A DNA stretch of 64,000 nt from an uncultured delta proteobacterium (GTDB lineage Bacteria > Myxococcota > Kuafuiibacteriia > Kuafuiibacteriales > Kuafuiibacteriaceae). The stretch spans positions 128,001 through 192,000 of the forward strand of contig CAWDML010000006.1 in NCBI GenBank assembly GCA_963803435.1, in the 5' to 3' direction. The position numbers and the translations under genes were made by a program. The notes beneath the pieces were generated by a model that saw only the letters and a program-made list of their open reading frames with translations, was not told the origin of the DNA and did not search any database. Shown piece by piece: positions 42,209-51,273 of the stretch; positions within the stretch are counted from its first letter, which is position 1; every line of letters starts with the position of its first letter.

Positions 42209-43008
42209 TCAAGCGGCTCGCCGTCCTGCTGGTCTCGCTGTTCTGCGTGGGCCCGATCGTGTGGCAAGCGATCACCTCGCTCAAGCGCGACGCCGATCTC
42301 ACGCGCATCCCGCCGCTGCTCCCCATCCCGGCCACGTTCGAGCACTACCTCACGATCTTCACCGAGACGCCCTTCGCGCGGGTGATCGCCAACAGCTTCC
42401 TGGTGGCCTCGCTGACCACCCTGTTCGCGCTCTTCCTCGGCTCGCTGGCCGCCTTCGCCCTGGCCAAGCTCGACGTCCGCCGCGGCTCGCTCATCCTGGC
42501 CGGTGTGCTCTCGGTCTCGATGTTCCCGCCGATCGCCACCGTCAGCCCGCTCTACGTGATGGTCCGCGCCGTCGGCCTGCGCGACTCGCCGCTGGCGTTG
42601 GTGGCGCTGTACTCGACCTTCTCCCTGCCGCTCGGCATCTGGGTGATGACCAACTTCTTCAGGAACGTCCCCGACGAGCTGTTCCGCGCCGCCCGCGTCG
42701 ACGGCTGCACCGTTTTCTCCGCCTTCTATCGCGTCATGCTCCCGCTGGCCGCGCCCGGGCTGGCGGCCACCGGCCTCCTGGTGTTCATCACCGCGTGGAA
42801 CGAGTTCCTGTTGGCGCTCACGTTCACCGTCACCACCGCGTCGCGCACCATCCCGGTCGCGATCGCGCTGTTTCCCGGCCTCCACGAGATCCCGTGGGGC
42901 GAGATCGCGGCCGCCTCGATGGTGGTCACCGCGCCGATCGCGCTCCTGGTCTTCATCTTTCAGCGCCGCATCGTGGACGGCCTCACCGCCGGCGCGGTCA
43001 AGGGTTGA
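42205..43008 (+). CDS. Sugar ABC permease (MalG-like)
   Basis: AARVDG EAA loop, WNEFL, GLTAGAVKG; ATGA overlap. Confidence 0.93.
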   Translation: MIKRLAVLLVSLFCVGPIVWQAITSLKRDADLTRIPPLLPIPATFEHYLTIFTETPFARVIANSFLVASLTTLFALFLGSLAAFALAKLDVRRGSLILAGVLSVSMFPPIATVSPLYVMVRAVGLRDSPLALVALYSTFSLPLGIWVMTNFFRNVPDELFRAARVDGCTVFSAFYRVMLPLAAPGLAATGLLVFITAWNEFLLALTFTVTTASRTIPVAIALFPGLHEIPWGEIAAASMVVTAPIALLVFIFQRRIVDGLTAGAVKG

Positions 43009-43011
43009 TCC

Positions 43012-44052
43012 ATGGCGAGCATCCGATTCGAGAGCGTGTCGAAGCGCTTCAGCGTGGGCGGCCTGGCCGTCGATCACCTCGACGTCACCGTCCACGATCG
43101 TGAGTTCTTCACCTTCGTCGGGCCGAGCGGCTGCGGCAAGTCGACCGCTCTCAACCTGATCGCCGGCCTCGAGCGTGAGTCGGAGGGCGCGATCCACTTC
43201 GACGATCGCAAGGTGAGCCACCTCGATCCGAAGGATCGCGACGTCGCCATGGTCTTCCAGAGCTATGCGCTCTATCCGCACCTCTCGGTCGAAGAGAACG
43301 TGGCCTTCCCCCTGCGTATCCGCAAGCGGCCCAAGGCGGAGATCGCGGAGGCGATCCAGGAGATCGCGAGGGTGGTGGGGATCGAGGCGTTGCTCCAGCG
43401 CCGGCCGAAGGAGCTGTCCGGCGGACAGCGGCAGCGGGTCGCCCTGGCCCGCGCTCTGGTCCGGCGGCCGCAGGTGTTCCTGATGGACGAGCCCCTCTCG
43501 AACCTCGACGCGCGTCTCCGCCTGGAAATGCGCGGCGAGATCAAGCGCATCCACGCCAAGTACCAGATCACCACCGTGTACGTGACGCACGATCAGGAGG
43601 AGGCGATGGTCCTCTCGGATCGGATCGCGGTCATGTCGCGCGGTCGGATCCAGCAGTGCGCCCCACCGGCCGAGGTCTATCGACAGCCCGCCAACCGCTT
43701 CGTGGCAGAGTTCGTGGGCACCCCGCCGATCAACATCGTGGCCGGTGAGAAGCTGGCGGGCGCTCCGAACTTCGCTCCGCTCTTCGCCGGCCGCGATCCG
43801 GGCAAGCTGGATTGTGGCCTGAGACCGGAGCACCTGACGGCGACCGCCGGGACCCACTCCTTTGCAGGGCAGCTTGCATTCATGGAGCGGACCGGGCGCG
43901 AGTCCTGGGCGCACGTCGACTGGCAGGGCCTACGTCTCATCGCCCGCGCCGGCGAAGACAATCCCGCCCCGGGGGCCGAGCTCCCGCTGTCGATCGCGCC
44001 CGAGGAGATCCTGCTCTTCGACCGGGAGACCGGTGACCGACGTCAGCGGTAG
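43012..44052 (+). CDS. Sugar ABC ATPase (MalK family)
   Basis: GPSGCGKS, VFQSYALYPH, LSGGQRQR, DEPLSNLD. Confidence 0.95.
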   Translation: MASIRFESVSKRFSVGGLAVDHLDVTVHDREFFTFVGPSGCGKSTALNLIAGLERESEGAIHFDDRKVSHLDPKDRDVAMVFQSYALYPHLSVEENVAFPLRIRKRPKAEIAEAIQEIARVVGIEALLQRRPKELSGGQRQRVALARALVRRPQVFLMDEPLSNLDARLRLEMRGEIKRIHAKYQITTVYVTHDQEEAMVLSDRIAVMSRGRIQQCAPPAEVYRQPANRFVAEFVGTPPINIVAGEKLAGAPNFAPLFAGRDPGKLDCGLRPEHLTATAGTHSFAGQLAFMERTGRESWAHVDWQGLRLIARAGEDNPAPGAELPLSIAPEEILLFDRETGDRRQR

Positions 44053-44747
44053 ACGCCGGGATGGAGCGCGTGCAGCGCGAGCCGGAAGATGGGCCCGAAC
44101 AGCTGGCCGAACGCGACCCACGCGACGATCAGCCCGACCGTCCGATAGCCGGTGTCGGCGAAGAGCTCGGTCCATTTGGCCGACGCGCGATCGGACAGGA
44201 ACAGCGGGACCACGCCGTTGCCGTCGAGCGGCGGCACAGGAAGCAGGTTGAAGGTGCCGAGCAGCAGGTTCAGCGAGAAGAGGATGCTGAGCGACATCGT
44301 GAGGACGGTGTGGCCGCCGTCCGCGGACACCACCACCTCCGAGAAGCGCGCGAATTCGGGGGATCGAAACGTGCCGGCGGCGACACCGATGCGGATGATC
44401 GCTGCGACCACCAGCATGATCGTGAAGTTCGCCGCCGGACCGGCCGCCGACATCATCGCGGCGCGCTTGGGATGGCGATTGGCCCAGAAAGGATCGTAGG
44501 GGGCGCTCGCCCATCCGATCATGAAGCCGTTCAGGAGGAAGCTGAGGATCGGCACCACCACCATCCCGAACGGGCTGCGCTTGATGTGCGGGATCGGGTC
44601 GAGCGTGACCTGACCGCTGCGGTACGCAGTATCGTCGCCGCCCAGCTTGGCGACGAGAGCGTGGGCCGCCTCGTGACAGGTGGTCGAGAACAGGAACGCG
44701 ACCAGCCACATCGGGAGGGTCGCCAGCACTTGGAGATCGAGCTCCAT
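44043..44747 (-). CDS. Site-2 protease (M50)
   Basis: HEAAH, AAGP, NLLPVPPLDG. Confidence 0.92.
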   Translation of the reverse strand: MELDLQVLATLPMWLVAFLFSTTCHEAAHALVAKLGGDDTAYRSGQVTLDPIPHIKRSPFGMVVVPILSFLLNGFMIGWASAPYDPFWANRHPKRAAMMSAAGPAANFTIMLVVAAIIRIGVAAGTFRSPEFARFSEVVVSADGGHTVLTMSLSILFSLNLLLGTFNLLPVPPLDGNGVVPLFLSDRASAKWTELFADTGYRTVGLIVAWVAFGQLFGPIFRLALHALHPGVYR

Positions 44748-44779
44748 CGCCCTTCCGCGATCATACGCTCAAGCGAGCG

Positions 44780-45322
44780 TCAGTACATCAGGATCCGCAG
44801 CTCGTCGCGCTCGGGGCGATACCAGACCTCGAGGCGGTCGCGACCCTTCCGCCCCTTCCATTCAAACGAATTGCCCCAGCGATCCTTGGACACCGGCTGG
44901 AGCTCATAGGGGGAAAGCGCGGCCAGCGCCGATTCGAGGCGATGAAGGCGCGCCTTCGTCCATCCGTCCCGGTCCTTCGAGGGGTCGATCGGCACGCGCT
45001 CGATCACGAGTAGAAAACGCAACCCGGCTTGCGACATGACGGCCACCGACGTTCGGCCGGCCGTCTGGGCCAGCGCGAACCGACGGAAGACGCCGAAGTC
45101 GAAGCCGCCATCCTTGCGCTCGGGTGCGGCGGAGGCGCGATTGATCGCCTCGAGGAGCCCCGTGTCGATCAGCGCTCGACGCATCGCCTGGGGCTCGCCG
45201 GCATCGACCCACTCCACCGCCCCGCCGGCCCGGCGGAGGCCCTCGGTCACCTCCTTCTCGGAGGCACCGAGGGCGAGCGAGTCGACCGGCGACCCGATCG
45301 CGAGGAGCGCGACGAGGAGCAA
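44780..45322 (-). CDS. Exported hypothetical protein
   Basis: Short hydrophobic N-terminus; begins 3 nt after the upstream stop. Confidence 0.6.
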   Translation of the reverse strand: MLLVALLAIGSPVDSLALGASEKEVTEGLRRAGGAVEWVDAGEPQAMRRALIDTGLLEAINRASAAPERKDGGFDFGVFRRFALAQTAGRTSVAVMSQAGLRFLLVIERVPIDPSKDRDGWTKARLHRLESALAALSPYELQPVSKDRWGNSFEWKGRKGRDRLEVWYRPERDELRILMY

Positions 45323-45325
45323 GCG

Positions 45326-47080
45326 CTACCTCACCTTACTGACCAGGATCTGATAGTGGGGGCCCCGCGGATCCGGACCGACCACCTCGAGCGGGTTCCA
45401 GCGCGAGACATTCCATCGGGCGAGCATTTCGTAGCTCTCGATCTGCGCCACGCCGTCCCGATCGGTGTCGGGCCAGACGACCCAGACGGTGATCTTGCGG
45501 AACTTGTTCCCGTTCTGCGTGCCCTTGTCCCAGTGGGTGAAGAAGCCGGCCTTCAGCGGTCGCTGGTGGAAGCGGCGCTCGAGCGCGACGGTCGCCTCCC
45601 GGAGCACGCCGGCGTCGCGCACCTTCTCCTCCGGGAGCTCGGCCCGGGCCACGCGATGATCCACCCGCGGCGGAGGCGGAGGCGGCCGCTGCCCGACGAT
45701 GATGCCCGGATTGCCGTGGCCGACCTGGAACGGCGGCGGGGGCGGCGGCGGCGCGCCCGAAGTGAGCTCGATGGCGATCCGCGACCAGGCCTCCAGGCCC
45801 GGCGCGCTCGCTGAGACGAGCGCGGTCCCCTCGGCGACGTCACGGTTGAAGCCGCCGCCCTCGCCGCGCGCGGTCACCACCACGCGGACGAGATGGCGCC
45901 CCGGCGAGATGTTGCTGAGGATCTTCGTGATCGTCGCCGCCCGATCGTCCCGGGAGTGCTCCCTCTGCGGCACCATCGGGACGTCGACGACCTGGACGCC
46001 GAGCTGGCTTTGATCGAGCCGCGTGGTCGCCCGGCCCATCTCGCGACCATCGACGAAGATCCGCGTGTCGAGCAGAGCTGCGCTGCCGGGCGGTACGGTC
46101 TGACGCAGCACCTTGTCGAAGTACGCCGCGGCATAGACGTAGTGGCCGGAGGAGAAGCGGTTGAAGTTGTCGATCGTCGACTCGCGTCCGATCGAGATCG
46201 GCGCCTTCGAGAAGACGATGCGGCCCGCGTTCTCCGCGTGGAAGCCAGTCGGGTAGATGCCGCGGGCGAGCTCGTTCATGTTGAGGTGCGCCTGCTTGGC
46301 GAGCGCCTCCAGCCGCGGGTGATCCGTCACCAGGCGCACCGCGAAGATCAGATCGAGCGCCGCCCGCGCCTTCGTGATCCCGAAGGGCTTGTTGCGCGCC
46401 CGGTTCGAGTAGGCGGTGTCGAGGAGTCGCCCGATCTCGGGGAGGATCAGCCGGTCGAGCGTCTGGTTGAACTGCGACTCGAAGGCGATGAAGCGGGCGA
46501 TCGTCTGGTTCTGCCGGAGATCGGGGAGCAGCGACAGCTGGTGCTCCAGGTCCGCGCGCTCGTGCCGGTAGTCGGCCCGCAGGGCCGCGTCGACGAAGGC
46601 ACGAACCTTGTTGTTATCGTCGAAATATCCGGTGGGCCCGTCGAGGAGCAGCCGGCCGCGCACCAGCTCACGGGACTGCTCAGCGATGTTGGCGATCACC
46701 GCGCGCTCCCGCTCGGTCGATCGATGCGGCGGCGGCGGCGGCGGCGGCCGCTGACGGGTGTGCTGATCGTACGTGCGCTGCCAGCGCTCGAGGTCGCGCT
46801 CGTACTCCTGCACCGAGAGGCTCGGATCCTCGTGCCGGATCGTCTCCAGGCGGCGCCTCGCCGAGACCAGGTAGCTCTGGAAGAGCTGCTGGAAGTTGAT
46901 CTCCTGCCACTCTCCTCGCTTCGCCAGCTTGTCGAGCTCACGAAGATCGGACTCGAGCCCCTTGACGTCCCACTTGGCGGGACTGTGGCCGTGATAGTGG
47001 CCTCCAGGCGGATCGGCGGCGGCCGTCGAAGCGGCGGAGACCAGCAACAGACATGAGAGGACGGCTTGGATTGCTTTCAT
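45326..47080 (-). CDS. Exported multidomain hypothetical protein with two Pro-rich linkers
   Basis: Signal peptide ...STAAA; helical N-terminal half; beta-rich IVFSKAPI...YVYAAAYF domain. Confidence 0.72.
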   Translation of the reverse strand: MKAIQAVLSCLLLVSAASTAAADPPGGHYHGHSPAKWDVKGLESDLRELDKLAKRGEWQEINFQQLFQSYLVSARRRLETIRHEDPSLSVQEYERDLERWQRTYDQHTRQRPPPPPPPHRSTERERAVIANIAEQSRELVRGRLLLDGPTGYFDDNNKVRAFVDAALRADYRHERADLEHQLSLLPDLRQNQTIARFIAFESQFNQTLDRLILPEIGRLLDTAYSNRARNKPFGITKARAALDLIFAVRLVTDHPRLEALAKQAHLNMNELARGIYPTGFHAENAGRIVFSKAPISIGRESTIDNFNRFSSGHYVYAAAYFDKVLRQTVPPGSAALLDTRIFVDGREMGRATTRLDQSQLGVQVVDVPMVPQREHSRDDRAATITKILSNISPGRHLVRVVVTARGEGGGFNRDVAEGTALVSASAPGLEAWSRIAIELTSGAPPPPPPPFQVGHGNPGIIVGQRPPPPPPRVDHRVARAELPEEKVRDAGVLREATVALERRFHQRPLKAGFFTHWDKGTQNGNKFRKITVWVVWPDTDRDGVAQIESYEMLARWNVSRWNPLEVVGPDPRGPHYQILVSKVR

Positions 47081-47085
47081 GGTGT

Positions 47086-48186
47086 TCACCGAAAGTTCGT
47101 GATGAATCGCTCCGTGAGCTCGGCTTTCAACTGCTCCAGATCCGACTGATAGCCGCTCACGGTGACGGCGGCCCCGGGTACCAGCTCGAGCGTGGAGACG
47201 TCGAGCCGATTCGCGACGATCGTGAAGACCGGGCCCTGCTTGTGGACGCTCCCATACACGAGTTGATTGGCCAGCTTGAACTGCCCCAGCTCGGGCGCGT
47301 TCAAGGCGTCTCCTTCGTAGAGATGGACGCCGACCTTGGCCAACTCCTTCAACGCGTGATCCATCTTCTGGCGATCGACCACCTCGCACACCTTCGAGGC
47401 CGAAAGACGTGCGGCCAGATATTCAGCGATTTGATCGCCGACATGTTGGAGCTCGGGATCGTTCTTGAAAGGGAGCACGGCCACCACCACCTGCGAGAGC
47501 ACCCCGCCGCCGAGCTTCCCCAGCGCGCGCTCAGCCGCCATCCGCACGCCCGAGTCGCCGTCCGTGCGCATCAGCTCGACCAGCACCGGGCGCGCCTTCT
47601 CGATCCCCAGGGAGCCCAGCCCGGCGACCGCGGCCTCGCGGACCGAGGGTGCGTCGTCCTGCTTCGCGGTGTCGAGGAGCAGCAGCTCGATCCGCAGATG
47701 GAGCTGCTTGTCCGGGCTGCGCGCGCGTCGCGTGAGCAGCTGGGCCGCCGAGGCGCGCACCAGGTGGTTGGTGCTCTGACCGAGGGCCTCGATCAGGGGC
47801 TCATCCGCGACCTCGCCCGCCTTGGCCAGCCCGGTCTTCGCGAGCTCGCGGATCGCGGGATACGGATCCGCCAGCGCCGTCACCAGCGCCGCGATCACGT
47901 CGGGTCCGTCGTAGACACCGATCGCGCGGATCGCGGCCAGCCGCAGATCCTGACCCGGCGCCGAGGTCGACTGTGCGAGCACCAGCGATCGTCCCGGCCC
48001 CCAATCGGGGTGCCGCGAGAACGCGTCGATCACCGCGATGCGCACGTCCTCGCGATCGCTCTCATCCCACGTCTTCTGTAGGCCTTCGAGGTCGCCGCGC
48101 TCCGCCATGCGGCGCACGTCCGCGGTGGTCGCCTGCGTCGCGCAGGCCGAGCACAGCGTCAGCCCAATGATCCCTAGCTTCACCAT
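47086..48186 (-). CDS. HEAT-repeat lipoprotein with a C-terminal CsgG/FlgO-like domain
   Basis: CSAC lipobox; VR..A..ALG repeats; VAVLPFKN...EVVDRQKMDHALKE...ANQLVYGSV...RLDVST. Confidence 0.75.
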   Translation of the reverse strand: MVKLGIIGLTLCSACATQATTADVRRMAERGDLEGLQKTWDESDREDVRIAVIDAFSRHPDWGPGRSLVLAQSTSAPGQDLRLAAIRAIGVYDGPDVIAALVTALADPYPAIRELAKTGLAKAGEVADEPLIEALGQSTNHLVRASAAQLLTRRARSPDKQLHLRIELLLLDTAKQDDAPSVREAAVAGLGSLGIEKARPVLVELMRTDGDSGVRMAAERALGKLGGGVLSQVVVAVLPFKNDPELQHVGDQIAEYLAARLSASKVCEVVDRQKMDHALKELAKVGVHLYEGDALNAPELGQFKLANQLVYGSVHKQGPVFTIVANRLDVSTLELVPGAAVTVSGYQSDLEQLKAELTERFITNFR

Positions 48187-49685
48187 GGCGTATTTCCTGA
48201 CCGACCTCGCGGGCCGCGCCGGCCACTCGTGCCGGAGTTGCCGCCGGATCCACTCGACCCGGCGCTGCCATCGTTACCGTTGGACCCCGCGGCGCCGTCG
48301 TCGCCGCGCGGCGTGCCGGCGCCACCGCTTCCACCCTTGCCGCCCTTGCCGGAGCTCCCGCCGATGCCAGAGCTCCCGCCGCTCCCGCCGTCGCCGCCGT
48401 CGCCGGCCACACCGCCGTCGCCGGGGACGCTGGCCAGGCGGATCGCGCGACGTACGTCCGACTGGAAGCCTCCGTCTCCCAGCAGCCGCACGCGGACGTC
48501 CCCACCGTCGCCGCCGCGTCCGCCCGCGCCGCCCGAGCCGCCCGAGCCGCCGCTCGCACCCGTGCCGCCGCCGCCGCCGTCGCCCCCCTCCCCGCCGTCG
48601 CCGCCGCGTCCGCCGGGTGAGCCGCTCACCGAGCTGGACCCGTCGCCTCCGTCGCCTCCGTCGCCTCCGTCGCCGCCGCCGCCGCCGTCACCGCCGGCGC
48701 CGCCGCGTCCGCCCGCGCCGCCCGCACCGCCGTCGCCACCTCGTGTGGTGAGGGCGAAGCGCTGCCGGCGGTGCATGATGTAGTTTCGGGTCTCGCGCTC
48801 GCCGCGTGCGAAGGCGGCCGTCACCTCCACGTACACGAGCTCTTCGAACGGGTGGAACTTCGAATAGATCGGACGGATCGTGACGTCGAGGTCCGGCCCG
48901 CGCTCGCCGGGCCCGCCGTCGCCGCCGGGGCCGCCGTCGATCCCACCGGCGCCGTTGCCCCCGTGCCCGCCGTTTCCTCCGGCGCCGCCGGTCTTACCCA
49001 GGAGACCGTCACCGCCGTCGCCGCCGTCGCCCCCGGATTGGCCGTCTTTGCCTGGCTGATCGGCGTCGCTCCCGTTGGCGCCGTCGCCGCCGGCGTCCCC
49101 CGATCCGCCAGCACTCCCGTTGCTGCCGCTCCCGCCGCTGAACGAGCCGCCGGGCACCGCACCGCCGGCGCCCGGATTCCCGGGAGGTCCACCGCGTTGA
49201 AACGGCGTGTAGCGGGCGGCGTCGTAGCTCGGCGGAAAGACGAGGCGCGTGGTCCCGCCCCGAACCGCGACGTCAATCTGATAGCCGGTGTCGAGCGCCG
49301 CCAGTACGTCGCGCGTGGGGGTGAACAGGAATCGAGATCCAGCGAAGCTCCCCTGTGGAGAGCTGAGCTGCATGACCTCGGGCGAGATCTTGCCGTGGCG
49401 AAACGCGGGCGCCGCGTCGGAGTGGAGCACGTCGTTGAGATAGAGCTCACCGTCGTCGGTCACCGCGATCACCACGTCGGTGAGCGCGAGCTGTCCGTCC
49501 TCGCTCGAGATACCGTCGAGGGCGGGGTTCGGTACCACGTAGACCGAGACCACCCGCTCGCCCTCCAGATCGAACGCACCGCGACCGGTCGCATGCACAC
49601 CGGAGACGTCGACGACCCGCGGCAGCGACGGCGGCTCGCGCGAAGCGCATGCGATCGGGAGCAGGAAGACGAGGGCGCGCCTCAC
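48180..49685 (-). CDS. Gly-rich (GGx/Gxx repeat) lipoprotein
   Basis: Lipobox PIAC; globular N-terminus; three GGx tracts separated by short beta-like inserts. Confidence 0.75.
   Translation of the reverse strand: MRRALVFLLPIACASREPPSLPRVVDVSGVHATGRGAFDLEGERVVSVYVVPNPALDGISSEDGQLALTDVVIAVTDDGELYLNDVLHSDAAPAFRHGKISPEVMQLSSPQGSFAGSRFLFTPTRDVLAALDTGYQIDVAVRGGTTRLVFPPSYDAARYTPFQRGGPPGNPGAGGAVPGGSFSGGSGSNGSAGGSGDAGGDGANGSDADQPGKDGQSGGDGGDGGDGLLGKTGGAGGNGGHGGNGAGGIDGGPGGDGGPGERGPDLDVTIRPIYSKFHPFEELVYVEVTAAFARGERETRNYIMHRRQRFALTTRGGDGGAGGAGGRGGAGGDGGGGGDGGDGGDGGDGSSSVSGSPGGRGGDGGEGGDGGGGGTGASGGSGGSGGAGGRGGDGGDVRVRLLGDGGFQSDVRRAIRLASVPGDGGVAGDGGDGGSGGSSGIGGSSGKGGKGGSGGAGTPRGDDGAAGSNGNDGSAGSSGSGGNSGTSGRRGPRGRSGNTPW
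48200..49190 (-). repeat. Coding low-complexity 9-nt-period repeats (GGx triplets)
   Basis: Runs of ccgccgtcg/cctccgtcg at about 48200-48740 and 48900-49190. Confidence 0.8.
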
Positions 49686-50725
49686 GGTGCGCCTCCTCGG
49701 ATCTTCTGCAAGAGGTCGAGCTCGCCCTTCTTCGTCGAGACGCCACCGAACAGCTCCAGCACCGCCGGATCCCGCTCGTGCGGCAGCAGATCCTTCTCGA
49801 GCTCCTGCTTCGGTCCGGTCCCGTACAGCAGCATGCGCGACAGCATCCACGCCGCCACCAGGCGGACCGCCGCCGACGGCGAGCGGGTCGGCCGCCCCTT
49901 CTGCTGTCCCTCGCCGATCACGGCGTCCGCGGCCGGACGCCCGATCTCACGAAGGCGCGAGAGCTTGCCGAGATACCACAGCACCAAGAGCTCGCTCCGC
50001 GGATCGCCGATCGAGAGCACCCGCTGGCTCTGCCGAACCGACTCGTCGACGCGCGTCTTCCAGGCTGCCGGGCCGGCGGCGATCTCGTCCCGCGTCGAGT
50101 CGAGGCGCGACAGGAGCTCGAAGGCCGCTGTGTACACCTCCGCCAGCTGCTCGCCGGAGCGATTGGATCGCACGGTGTCGAGCGCGCGCTCGAGCACCTT
50201 CACGTTCACCGACACCGTCCGCAGGCGGGCCCCCAGGACGTCGTAAACGCCCGACAGCTCCTCCTTCTGGTTGGCGGCGAAGTACACCATCGCCTCGACG
50301 ATCTCGACCAACCGCTGCTCGTCGGTGCCCATGACCGCGTAGTGCTTGGCGATGCCTTCCAGCGCGTAGTGCCCAGTGCGCGCATCGAGCGGCGTGCGGA
50401 GCGCCTGCACCAGCCGATCGAGCGAAGCCGGGCTCCTCATCTCGCCGAGCGCCCACGCCGCCATCGAGCGCAGCTCCGCGGGCTCCTCCGGCGACGCCGC
50501 GATCCGGCCCAGCGCCTCGATCGCGGCCGGGCTCCCCCGGTGCAGGCGGCCGAGCGTCTTCGCCGCCGCCATCCTCACCTCGACGTGTCTGTCCGACAGC
50601 TTAGCCGCACACGTGTCCACCGCATCGCCGACTTCCGCGTCGGAGCGGGCGTCCATCAGCGCGAGCAGGCTCGCCGGCGAGGTCGCGCACCCGCCCAGCA
50701 GGAGCGCCAGGGCTACGGTGCGCAT
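49682..50725 (-). CDS. HEAT-repeat lipoprotein
   Basis: Lipobox LGGC; VRMAAAKTLG, LRSMAAWALGE, VRLVAAWML. Confidence 0.78.
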   Translation of the reverse strand: MRTVALALLLGGCATSPASLLALMDARSDAEVGDAVDTCAAKLSDRHVEVRMAAAKTLGRLHRGSPAAIEALGRIAASPEEPAELRSMAAWALGEMRSPASLDRLVQALRTPLDARTGHYALEGIAKHYAVMGTDEQRLVEIVEAMVYFAANQKEELSGVYDVLGARLRTVSVNVKVLERALDTVRSNRSGEQLAEVYTAAFELLSRLDSTRDEIAAGPAAWKTRVDESVRQSQRVLSIGDPRSELLVLWYLGKLSRLREIGRPAADAVIGEGQQKGRPTRSPSAAVRLVAAWMLSRMLLYGTGPKQELEKDLLPHERDPAVLELFGGVSTKKGELDLLQKIRGGAP

Positions 50726-51204
50726 CGACTCCGCACCTCCTTCTCGGCGAACGCCGCCACGATCAGATCCTCATCGCCGATCAGCGGCGTGATCGCCTGC
50801 ACCGCATCGTCACGTCGATCGGGAAAGGCGCACAGCGCCGCGATCAGCGCCAGCTTCGGCTCGGGATCCAGACCGGTATCGGCGAGCACCCCCGCCATCG
50901 CGTCGAACGTCTCCGGCCGCGCGAGGCGGGCCAGGCCGTCGGCGGCCGCGGCGCGTACCCAGGGCCGCTCCGCGTTGTCGAGCAAGATGGCTTGCAAACG
51001 CTCGACCGCGTCCCTGGAGCGGAGACCGCCCAGCGCGCGCGCGGTCTCCTCGCGCACCCAGCTCTGGTCCGAGTCGAGGCAGGCGAGCAGGTCCGTCTTG
51101 CGGGCCTGCGCCACGTACGCTTGCAGCGCCCGGGGGCTCTCGCAGTACGATGCGCACGCAGGTCCGAGCAGGACGACGAGCACGAGGGCGGTGGCGCTCC
51201 TCAT
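50713..51204 (-). CDS. Small HEAT-repeat lipoprotein
   Basis: GPAC lipobox-like; WVREETARALG, WVRAAAADGL. Confidence 0.75.
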   Translation of the reverse strand: MRSATALVLVVLLGPACASYCESPRALQAYVAQARKTDLLACLDSDQSWVREETARALGGLRSRDAVERLQAILLDNAERPWVRAAAADGLARLARPETFDAMAGVLADTGLDPEPKLALIAALCAFPDRRDDAVQAITPLIGDEDLIVAAFAEKEVRSRCAP

Positions 51205-51273
51205 TCGGCCCCGGGACCCTACCGGAGGTTCTCCTGGTGCGCAGCCCGCGAGCGCCGTGTCGGGTATCACGCG

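Noticed and set aside
48200-49190. Tandem repeats as a possible CRISPR array or VNTR
   Set aside because: 9-nt period, no unique spacers, fully explained by Gly codons.
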